A stretch of 63,221 nucleotides of DNA, counting the filler, from Craspedostauros australis (taxonomy: Eukaryota): NCBI GenBank assembly GCA_030167865.1. It is 10 parts of 10 records of this genome, joined end to end, with 100 filler letters (N's around TTAATTAATTAA, not from the genome) between each part and the next. Parts side by side here need not be neighbours in the genome. Positions count along the whole stretch, not along the records: positions 13,251 to 33,901 come from JALAGF010006721.1; 9 more parts are not named here. The stretch is one strand, 5' to 3'. The notes beneath the pieces were generated by a model. That model did no database searches. It was not told the DNA's origin and saw only the letters and a program-made list of their open reading frames with translations. A program made the position numbers and the translations under genes. The first letter of the stretch is position 1. The number at the start of each line of letters is the position of its first letter. This document shows positions 23,288-34,001 of the stretch, in pieces.

Positions 23288-24078
23288 ACTGGGAACAGGA
23301 CAGACACCATCCCCTCGTGTGGACAGGGCGACCAACAACAACCAATCAAGGCAAACTCTGGAGTCCTCCTGATCGCTGCCCCATCCATTGAGACACTGAT
23401 CGACAAAGAAATCCGACATCAGCACGCGAATGATGACATCGAAGACGGCGCGGCTCCATCCAAACAACCATCCCTCTTCCCCACCTCCAACCAAGGCACG
23501 ACCGATACGTCCTCCAATGCATCTACACAGGCAAGATATCCTTGAATGACAGCGCTCGTGACAACACCGCCACTCACATCGGTGCTCACGCCAACGCTCA
23601 CCACGATACAGATGCCTCTCACCAGTCAACTCCCATCCTCACTGGACAGGATGATCTGCAACAGCTGATCCTTGTGGCCAACGAGTTTGGCTTCTGACGA
23701 CTCAAGCTTGTTCTTGAAGTGGAGTTGGCCCGCAAGCATCTCACAGAAGACACCATGATAGATGCGTTGATATTCGCTGATCAACACAACTGCGTGATGT
23801 TGAAGGATGCAGCAATGAGAATGGCAGCAGAGAGAGAGAAAGATATGTTCACTCATCTAGATTTAAGCAAACTAATTCCACACCAGCAACTGATGGGAGG
23901 CATTCATGTCCTCCGCAGTGGGGGAGCGGAGAGTGATGGCATTGATGGTGAGTACAGTCACATGTCCATGGTGGAGCTGTACAAGGTTGTCGATGAGGAT
24001 GAGGGTACAGCACAAATGGATTCATACATGGATCGGGCGACACTGGTGGACTTCGTCCGCTCTATGAGAGCCAATTGA
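23288..24078 (+). pseudogene. BTB/POZ domain with helical tail, copy 2 (degenerate)
   Basis: In frame after the TAA: TGNRTDTIPSCGQGDQQQPIKANSGVLLIAAPSIETLIDK. A frameshift and a TGA follow, then DALIFADQHNCVMLKDA. Confidence 0.75.
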
Positions 24079-25961
24079 TCCAAAGGGATTGAGGCGGATG
24101 GCACTGCCGAGGAAGAGGAGTGACGTGTCAGACCATACTATCACAGAAGTCTTCGAGAAGCGACCGCATGACGGATTTGAGTTGATGGATAAGAATAGTC
24201 ATCAGAATAGTCATTAGGATAGCAACTGTGTGAAAGGAACTGAAGCAATTTATGATCGATTCATTCAATGGTGCGTCTGGCATGCCTTGACCGTTGCTTT
24301 TGGCGATCCGCACAGCATGCTGCTCCATGCACTCCCGTATCGTTTGCAGCACGGTCTGGCTAATCCGCGAGATACGCATGGTCTTCTGTGCATGAATTGC
24401 AGATGATCCCGGTTGGTGTAAGGCACGTTCGTGTGCAGCATCAGTGGCCAATGCGACATGAAGACGATGGTTCAGCCACCGCTGTCATCGTCATGGTCGT
24501 CATTGCCGATCCTATGGTTTCCGCGTTCGTTGGTGTCGATGATGTGAGCGGAGTTTTTGTGGGAAACGATGGTGGACCCCACGGGCATCATGCATGCCTT
24601 GTAGGAATCGAATCCAACGTGACGGAGCGGGATGTGCTACGGCTGTCAGCTTGTTGTTGTTGGTGGTGGTGGTGCTGCAGTTCGTGCATGATGTTGCACA
24701 GGACACAAGCTCACGTCAGCTGCTGCCTGGTTGTCAATATGGCCGACAAAGATGACGAGCAATGGGAGAAGTTGCCGACGTCATAGCACACGATTTCTTT
24801 GATCTGTGGATCCGATGAGAGCATGCCTCTGTCTCATTGTTTGCGGTTTGTGGCTGCGACGCATCTTTTTGAGCATTGGTATGAACAGGCGTGGCTGGTT
24901 GCGGCGCATGTTGTAGAAACTGAGGAACATCTCCGAACAACAGGCTCTGTTGGTGTCGGAAGAAGCTGCTGAGTCCGATCTCACAGATGCACCCGTCCAA
25001 CATGTGCTGAATCTCCGTCTCCGACAGCGCATCGGACGTTTATGTGCGAGCACGCTGCTGGTGATGACTTGAATCCAGACCGCACCATGGGCCATGACAT
25101 GTCTTGCCATGGCTGTTGGGTTCTGTTGTTGGCGCTGCCATTGCCCACGTCCCAAGATATTCTCTACTCCGGAGCAGTTTGTGTGATATCTTCCTGTCGG
25201 ATGTCGCTGAGTGATGTGACACGTTTGAGATCGCTGTTTGTCGCCGCTTGCCACTCATCATCATCATCAGCGTCATCATCATCGGCATCATCATCGTCCC
25301 TTGCAATGGCCGCCTTCGTTGATTCTGGTTGGCGTGCCATATTTGCGCAGCCGCCGCTTGCTTGATTACTTCATTGCTTGACAGACAATGTCTCAGTGTT
25401 GGCTGATACCTCCATCAATGCAAACATACTCATGCCATTTCATCTCTCTCTCTCTCTCTCTCTTGTTGTGTTGGTGTTGTTTGATGGATCGTGGCGCAAA
25501 ATCGAAGATTCGTTGTTTCGGGTGGTGTCAAGAATTTTTGGCGCGTTTGTTGAGTACTCGTCTGTCTGCCGTCCGTTGTTCATTCAACCAGTGACGCACG
25601 CACACACTCACAACCAACATCACCAATGCGTTGTCTTCATGGAACGCAACTCGGTTCGACGATGGCGATGGCGACCACTCCAATGATGCTGCATCCCTTC
25701 ACATTGGTACCACCACCAATAACACAAACAGCCAGACAAGATGACAAGATGATGAGTCATCGACATCCAAGAGGAACTGTGGGAAGGCTCGCCAGTTGCT
25801 CCGTACCTTGACCCACCCATCCTACGACTATGAGTAATACTATGGAACCTTCCATGAGCACGATCTACTCTGGGAGTTGCCACAGCCAAGCGTCCAGCCT
25901 GATAGGTACTCTGTTCGAACCTTCATGAGGTCATGAGGTCATGAGGTCATGACGATCGGAG

Positions 25962-27850
25962 TTGGTAGAAGAGGACGGTGTCAGACTGATAGCAGAGAAG
26001 CAAACGGAGACCAAGCAACCGCAACAGGCTGACACGAAATCGAAGGCGAGCAAGCCCATCAGATTCGCCAATGAGGCCAAAGCAGCTGCAAAATCAGGTC
26101 GCCGTGCGAGTTTCAGCACAGATACACCAAGCAGGGCCAGTAGAAACACAGCAAAAGATGCGAAAGCTTCGGCTGTGAAACGATCACATGTGAAGAGTCT
26201 GGAGATGCTCGACATGCAAGATCACGAGATGTCATCCAGCTCCTTTGATCCCAGCAAGTTCAACACCAACGAATCGATACCGGTGCCAAACACCCCAGAT
26301 GGACTCAGCTTCGCCACAGCCCCAGCACTTGGCGCAACCTGCGAACGGATCAACCAAGACAAGACGAAGCTTGCCCAGAGTCGGAGATACAGGCCAAGGC
26401 CAAGAACGAATTCCAACAGAATGACCAGTAGCGACAAATCGGGGAGCAAGAGTTTGGAATTCTTGAAGGATGGACACCGCATGCCAGGCACAACATACAC
26501 ATCAGACACATCAGGCGCGATGAGTGCAGCCAGCACCCTGGCTCCACCTCGAGCTGCGACAACGGAGACGTCACGCAGTGAGAGCCTGGAGTCACGCTCC
26601 AATCTGCCAAGTCTCCACGACAGCGTCGACGTTGCGACAAGTGCTGCTGCAACGAACGGTGGGAGAAGCTTGGCGGCCCCTGTCACGCCTGGAGGTTGGA
26701 GCGCGGCATCTACACCAGCCCCCTTCAGCCGCACACATGAAGAGAGACAACAGTCTTCGTCGTTGAACAAGCGCAGGTCGACGTTGGAAAGCATCCTCAA
26801 GGCCAAACGATCACCATTACGTGAAGTGTCGTCAACCAATCCTGCCAAATCGAAGCAACAACCATCTCTCGAATCTCGATCATCGCAATTGGCCGATCTT
26901 GCCTTGACCAAAGCATCCGCAAAGGCGCCATCATCGTCGCCATCATTAACACAGTCCAAATCCAAACTCAATCTTCAACAGTTCGAATGCGAACACCAAC
27001 ATGGAGGTGTCTCGGCCACAACCCCAAGCCCCATCCAGTCCTGGAGCCTTGAGTTTGGGAATCGAATTGCAATCGAGCAAGAAGGACCGGGTGGCTCCCT
27101 CTTGCAACAGATCCGCACGCAGTTCGTTGCGCCCAAGTGAAGACTCAAAGCAACGACGTTCACACGGACGAAGTACGGGTGTTCTGCGTGATGAGAAGCG
27201 ATCAAGGAAAGGATCTCCAAGGTGCTTGGCAATGGGCCCCGACATCACCACTCCAGCAAAACAAGAGACGTGTCATCACCATCACCATTGATATTACCAT
27301 CGGTATTACCATCGATATCACCGTCGCCACGGCATCGGCGGGGAAGCGCACAGCACACCAGTGGCAAGCCGCACGCGACATCGCCAAGATCAAAGAGTGC
27401 GGAGCGTTCGCCATCATTGTGTCATCNNNNNNNNNNNNNNNNNNNNNNNNNNNNNNNNNNNNNNNNNNNNNNNNNNNNNNNNNNNNNNACACCTGGCAGC
27501 TCGGATGATATGAACGCAGCCTCGCGTTCACGCGAAGCCAACTCAAATGCGCACTCCACCGGTACTGGTTTGCAAAGGCGCAAGGGTTCACCTTCCAGAA
27601 AGCATGTCCGAGGAAGTTGGCGAAGATCAGCAAAGGAAGTCCTCCGATGAACGATCACCATCGACGCGACAACGAAGCAGATCAAGAGAATATCGAAATT
27701 ACAGCATCGAACGGCACAGCAATGAGCGAGGTGAAAATGGACGGCATGGCAAACAACAACATGGCAATAAACGTTCGTCATCACGCGGGGCCTTCAATCA
27801 AATCGCCGTGGACGAAGCAGATCGTCGACACGCGATGCTGTCTACCATGA
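25962..27850 (+). pseudogene. Ser/Thr-rich low-complexity gene, unit 2 paralog
   Basis: 392-aa ORF homologous to 18336-19561. The unit-1 ATG is ACG here and there is a premature TGA at 27138. Confidence 0.45.
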
Positions 27851-30259
27851 GAAGATATCTGACACAAAGCCACTGCAACTCACACCAAAGAAAGCGGTCA
27901 GGAACAAGAGCGCGTCTCAGTGCCGCCATCCCTTGATGAATGGTACCAACACTCACACCCCGTGATGCATCACGACATGATGGGATGGAATAAGATGAGA
28001 TGGATGGGCCGCTCCGTATTTGTATCATGCTCATAGAGGTATGGTAGACTCACGTCGCTGTAATGTAATGCACCTACAAATAGACTGTACTTCTCTACGT
28101 ATGCTTGGAACAGTACCGCATGCACTATATCTGCTTGTGCAATAGAACGCTGTGATGAAGTCACCGGATGTTTCAAGAGATTGAAGGGCTGGATACTGCT
28201 CTCACACTGCCTCCACCTTGTGTACGACGAGTCTGGTCCGCTCTCTGCGGTACAAACGCACACAGGGATGTTGTCGATGTCATTCACGAGCAGATTGGAC
28301 ATCTGTGGTTCCATCCGCACTCTGCCATGAGCATCGTTGTTGGTTCGTTGCACAGACAATGGACGCATGGCAGCAGCATTTTCACAAGCTGTGCGGTCGT
28401 CGCAGTGCGGTCGTCACCGTGCCACCGGATTCACACACAGAGCACTCTCCACTCCAAGTCACACACTGCCAAGCCGATTCAAAGCTACAGTGCCGATGCC
28501 AGCCGATCCAAGTTTGTGGAAGAGACGATCTACGAAGAGCACATGGCGAACAAGGCAGAGAGAAATGGTGAGAAGCCGCGAGGAGCATGGTTGCTGCGCG
28601 ATTCCATCGACCGTCCCGTATCACGCTATTGTCCTCATCTCTCCATGAGTTGCGTTCCCACCATTGTGCCAACACTGCAGCTGAGACCCTCGCCAAGTCC
28701 CAGGAGGAGTGATCACTCGCCGTTGGAGCAACAAATGCCAGGGTCACCATTCATTCCAATCTTCGAAGCGAGCAGTGCCAGCGTGGCGGAAAGACAAGAA
28801 CCGACGAGACAGCGCAGTCCAAGCATCCTGAGAGCTTGACGAGCAAAAGAAGACACCAACCAACGAACCAACCAACGAGCAACCCCATGCAGAGTGCGAG
28901 TGCCGTATTGCGGATCATGGTTGACACAGAGTTTTCGTATGGTACAAGAAGCACACGGTCAGCAATCCATGGCCCATGGATACCGTATCTCCACATGTCC
29001 TCCTTCGTGGTGCTCCCAACTTCGTTGATGAGACGGATGTTCCTGTCGATCACCTCGGTTGGGCATCGATGCTCTGGAAGTCACGAGCCAAGACGGCGGC
29101 GCTCGTGCCTGTGGATAGAACGTGCATGGTATTGTATGTTGGTGGTCCATGCAGCAGGAACAGTGGAGGCGGCACGGTATCGCTCCGCCTGTTGATTGCT
29201 GAAGGTGCCAACCCATCCCAATACGCAATGGGGTGTTGGTTGGATGTTGAGGACTCTTGTTGCCTGTGCGGATGGTGATGGTTGCAATGCGGTGGGATGG
29301 CAACCAGCCAAATCCAAATGAGGTGGGTCGCGACCAACGAAGGCAACCAACAAAGGCAACCAACAAACGCAGTCACATCAGTGGCTTCATCGTTGTTCGA
29401 GGCATTGGTTCGAACCTCAAGTTGGTGCTTGTGATGACAGGCGGGCAATCGTGTCTTGCAGATGCCACGATAACACAAGCAAGCGTGGGTCATGGTGTAC
29501 ATGGTGGTGGTGATGGCAGCTCCCTCTGTCTCTCTGTATCTCTGTGTATCTGCATCCAAAGACTTCCGTGTTGTTTGTTTCAAATTGTTGTGGTGTTGAT
29601 TGTGACTGAAGTCGAGTTGTTGGAGGCAGACTCAAGACCGAAAGACCGTTCAGACCAATGGAAACACCCAACGACCATTTCGAACCACTTGGGTATGACC
29701 ATCAACAATCTTTCGCATTCGTTGTGCTTCGACAGATGTCAACACAGTCATTGATCTTCTTCGGTGATCTGACTCATAGTCGTATCAGTCGAAGATTCTC
29801 GTTTTCGACAATGCCACACAACAGAACCCTGTTGTTGTCAGAACCCTCTGTTGTCTTCCTTCTTGTTGTTGTTCATGTACTACTAGTCGTAGAAGTAGTA
29901 GTACATACTCGTGATGGATGGGAACAGGAGGATCCAAGCCGCACGAACCAGAGAGGGGTGCGATCAAGAGAAGGAGGCAAACACGACGATGCTTGTGCGC
30001 AACGAGAGAAAGAGAGGACACGTGCGAACAAGACAACAACACACTCGAGCACATCAACAACAGACATCGAATTGCCACTCATTGTCATCACAACGTGAAT
30101 AGTACTCATCCTAATACAAGCTATTGAAGACACCACGATCGACATCTCTGCCATAGGTAGCTCAGACGACACATTTCCTCGACAGCCAATCCAACGCCCA
30201 TCGTTCAACGTTCAACGTCCAACGTCAATCGTCCAGCAACCATCGACCATCCTCTCAGA

Positions 30260-31432
30260 ATGCCGAATGTTACGAACGAACAACTCCTTGGTGCTGCCAA
30301 CAGAGGCGACTTGTCGGTGTTGAAGGAATGGAAGAAGCAGAATGAAGGAGTTGACATCAACCGCCAAGACATGTTTGGTCACACTCCCCTTCATGGCGCA
30401 TGCAACAATGGCCACCTGGAGTGTGTGGAGTACCTCATCAAATCATGTGGGGCTGACGTCAACTGCAAAGGCATGTTTGGTTACACTCCCCTTCATGGCG
30501 CATGCAACAATGGCCACCTGGAGCGTGTGGAGTACCTCATCAAATCATGCGGGGCTGACGTCAACTGCAAAGACGACTTTGGTTACACTCCCCTTCATCA
30601 GGCATGCAACAATGGCCACCTGGAGCGTGTGAAGTACCTCATCAAATCATGTGGGGCTGACGTCAACTGCAAAGGCATGTTTGGTCGCACTCCCCTTCAT
30701 CAGGCATGCAACAATGGCCACCTGGAGCGTGTGAAGTACCTCATCAAATCATGTGGGGCTGACGTCAACTGCAAAGACGACTTTGGTTACACTCCCCTTC
30801 ATCAGGCATGCAACAATGGCCACCTGGAGCGTGTGGAGTACCTCATCAAATCATGTGGGGCTGACGTCAACTGCAAAGGCATGTTTGGTTACACTCCCCT
30901 TCATGGCGCATGCAACAATGGCCAGCTGGAGCGTGTGGAGTACCTCATCAAATCATGCGGGGCTGACGTCAACTGCAAAGACGGTAAAGGCTCCACTCCC
31001 CTTCATGGCGCATGCAACAATGGCCAGCTGGAGCGTGTGGAGTACCTCATCAGATCATGTGGGGCTGACGTCAACTGCAAAGACGGTGAAGGCTCCACTC
31101 CCCTTCATAAGGCATGCGCCAACGGCAAGCTGGAGTGTATCGAGTCCCTCATTAGAGGACTTTCGCCTTCAGCTCACCCACAATTGCAACAACTGCAACA
31201 ACACTTACAACAAAACGAACAAGGAAATGAACAACCACAAGCACAGTTGAGACAGCAGTTGAAACGAAAGAGCCAAGAGAATGAACACAAGCACAGCAGC
31301 CACAAGAGGATCAACGTCAGCATTGGAGAAGACCGACTCAATCCTTCTAAACTGGGAACAGGACAGACACCATCTTCTTGTGTGGACAGGGCAACTAACA
31401 GCAACCAATCAAGACAAACGCCGAAGTCCTGA
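30260..31432 (+). CDS. Ankyrin-repeat protein copy 3 (N-cap + 8 repeats + Gln-rich linker)
   Basis: Eight near-identical 102-bp repeats. Confidence 0.9.
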   Translation: MPNVTNEQLLGAANRGDLSVLKEWKKQNEGVDINRQDMFGHTPLHGACNNGHLECVEYLIKSCGADVNCKGMFGYTPLHGACNNGHLERVEYLIKSCGADVNCKDDFGYTPLHQACNNGHLERVKYLIKSCGADVNCKGMFGRTPLHQACNNGHLERVKYLIKSCGADVNCKDDFGYTPLHQACNNGHLERVEYLIKSCGADVNCKGMFGYTPLHGACNNGQLERVEYLIKSCGADVNCKDGKGSTPLHGACNNGQLERVEYLIRSCGADVNCKDGEGSTPLHKACANGKLECIESLIRGLSPSAHPQLQQLQQHLQQNEQGNEQPQAQLRQQLKRKSQENEHKHSSHKRINVSIGEDRLNPSKLGTGQTPSSCVDRATNSNQSRQTPKS

Positions 31433-32073
31433 TGATCACCATCCCATCCATTGAGACACTGATCGACAAAGGAATCCAACATCAATGCGTTCACGATGGC
31501 ACTCACGATAGAACTGAACGCATCCACACAACCATTCCTCTTCCCAACCTTCAACCAAAACACGTCCGATACGTCCTCCAATGCATCTACACAGGTGAGA
31601 TATCCTTTGATGACAGCCCTCGTGACAACGCCGCCGCTCACCACGATACAGATGCCTCTCACCAGCCAACTCCCATCCTCACTGGGCAGGACGATCGGCA
31701 ACAGCTGATCCTTGTGGCCAACAAGATCGGCTTCTGGCGACTCAAGCTTGTTCTTGAAGCAGAGTTGGCCCACAAGCATCTCACAGAGGACACCACGATA
31801 GATGCGTTGATAATCGCTCATCAGCACAACTGTGTGGTGTTGAAGGATGCAGCAATGAGAGTGACAGCTGAAAGTGAGAAGGATATGTTCACTCGTCTAG
31901 ATTTAAGCAAACTGATTCTACAACCCCAACTGATGACGGAGATCCAGGTGTTTTCCAGTGGGAGAGCCAAGAGTGATGGTACTGATGATGAGTACAGTTG
32001 GATGTTCATGATGGACCTGTACAAGGTTATGGATGAGGATGAGGACACAGTACTATATCTGCTCGTGCAATAG
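31432..32073 (+). CDS. BTB/POZ-derived ORF, copy 3 (open, 3' end fused at the deletion junction)
   Basis: TIPLPNLQPKHVRYVLQCIYTGEI...LILVANKIGFWRLKLVLE...HQHNCVVLKDAAM. Its ATG overlaps the ankyrin stop (TGATG). Confidence 0.6.
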   Translation: MITIPSIETLIDKGIQHQCVHDGTHDRTERIHTTIPLPNLQPKHVRYVLQCIYTGEISFDDSPRDNAAAHHDTDASHQPTPILTGQDDRQQLILVANKIGFWRLKLVLEAELAHKHLTEDTTIDALIIAHQHNCVVLKDAAMRVTAESEKDMFTRLDLSKLILQPQLMTEIQVFSSGRAKSDGTDDEYSWMFMMDLYKVMDEDEDTVLYLLVQ

Positions 32074-34001
32074 AACACTGTGATGAAGGCACCGGATGTT
32101 TCAAGAGGTTGAAGGGCTGGATACTGCTTCCATGCTACCTCCTTGTCTACGACTTGTCTGGTCCGCTCTCTGCGGTACAAACGCACACAGGGATGTTGCC
32201 GATGTCATTCACGAGCAGGTTGGACGTCCGTGGTTCCATCCATGCCCTGCCATCAGCATCGTTTTTGGTTCGTTGCGCAGACAATGGACACATGGCAGCA
32301 CCATTTTCACAAGCCGTGCGGTCGTCGCGGTGCGGTCGTCATCGTGCCGCCGGATTCGCACACAGAGCACTCTACTCCAAGCCACACTGCCAAGCAGATC
32401 CAAAGCTACAGTGCCGATGCCAGCCAATCCAAGTTTGTGGAAGAGGCGATCTACGAAGAGCACGTGGCGAACAAGGCAGAGGGAAATGATGGGAAGCCGC
32501 GAGGAGCATGGTTGCTGCGCGGTTCTATCGACCGTCCCATATCGCCCTATCGTTCTCATCTTTCCCGGAGTTGCACTTCCGCCATTGCGCCAAAACTGCA
32601 GTCAAGACCTTCACCAAGTCCCAGGAGGAGCGATCACTCGCCGTTGAAGCAACACATGCCAGGGTCACCATCCATTCCAATCTTCGAAGCAAGCAATGCC
32701 AGTGTGGTGGAAAGACAAGAACCGACGAGCCAGCGTAGCCCAAGCATCCAGAGAGCTTGACGAGCAACAGAAGAAACCAACGAACCAACAAGCAACCCCA
32801 TGCAGAGTGCGAGTGCCGTATTGCGGATCATGGTTGACACAGAGTTTCCGTATGGTAGAAGAAGCATGCGGTCAGCGATCCATGGCCCATGAGCACCTTA
32901 TACCCACATGTCCTCCTTTGTGGTACTCCCAACTTCTTTGATGAGGCGGATGTTCCTGTCGATCACCTCGGTTGAGCATCGATGCTCTGGAAGTCACGAG
33001 CCAAGACGATGGCGCTCATGCCTCAGGATAGAATGCGCATGGTATGATATGTTGGTGATCTGTGCGGCAAGAACAGTGGAGGTGGCACGGTATCGCTCTG
33101 CTTGTTGATTGTTGAAGGTGCCAACCCATCCCAACACGCAATGTGATGTTGATTCGGTGTTGGGGACTCTTGTTGCCTGTGTGGATGGTGATGCTTGCAA
33201 TGCGGTGGGATGGCAACCAGCCAAGTCCAAATGAGATGGGTCGCAAGCAACAAAGGCAACCAACAAACGCAGTCACGTCAGTGGCTTCATCTTTGTTCGA
33301 GGCATTGGCTCGCACCACAAGTTGGTGCTTGCGATGGCAGGCGGACAAGCGTCAGCGGTCTTGCAGATGCCACGATCACACAAGCAAGCGTGGGTCATGG
33401 TGTACATGGTGGTGGCATCATCTCTTACCTTGGTCGTTTCTGTTCAATCTGTTCGGCGTACCCCACCGCATTTCGCGCAGCCGCTTGCTTGCCTCGCCGC
33501 TTCGTTGCTTGGCTGGCGCTGCTTCCATGTTGGCGACACTTCCATCAACGCAAACGTGGTCATGGTCATTTGGTGGGAACTTCGCCGAACCAAAGATCTC
33601 TTTTTCGGGCGGTGTCAAGAATTTTGGCGCGCTTCACTCGTCTGTATGTCATCCGTGGCTGATTCCTCTCAAAAATGGCGGGTCTCGATTTGCCACGATT
33701 GTGCGGCTGGAAAATCAACGATGACGAGGACGCAAACACATGCTCAAGCTGGAACGGTCATTTTTGTTGTCACTCAGCTCTGTTCGACGATGGCGATGAT
33801 GGCGATGATGGCGATGATGACCCTCCCAAAGGCCGGAAATGAGACCCAACGCTGGGATCGCAGAGCGGAGCAGGAGACAACATGAGGAAGTGAAGCTCCA
33901 CNNNNNNNNNNNNNNNNNNNNNNNNNNNNNNNNNNNNNNNNNNNNTTAATTAATTAANNNNNNNNNNNNNNNNNNNNNNNNNNNNNNNNNNNNNNNNNNN
34001 N

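Larger units (their letters stand above)
14088..33415 (+). repeat. Tandem segmental array of a ~7.5-7.9-kb unit (units start 14088, 21943, 29458; a fourth begins 33363; unit 3 is internally deleted)
   Basis: The anchor GCAGATGCCAC recurs at those positions. Content is collinear (ankyrin gene, BTB relic, Ser-rich ORF, downstream block). Ankyrin ATGs are at 14783, 22487 and 30260. Confidence 0.93.
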
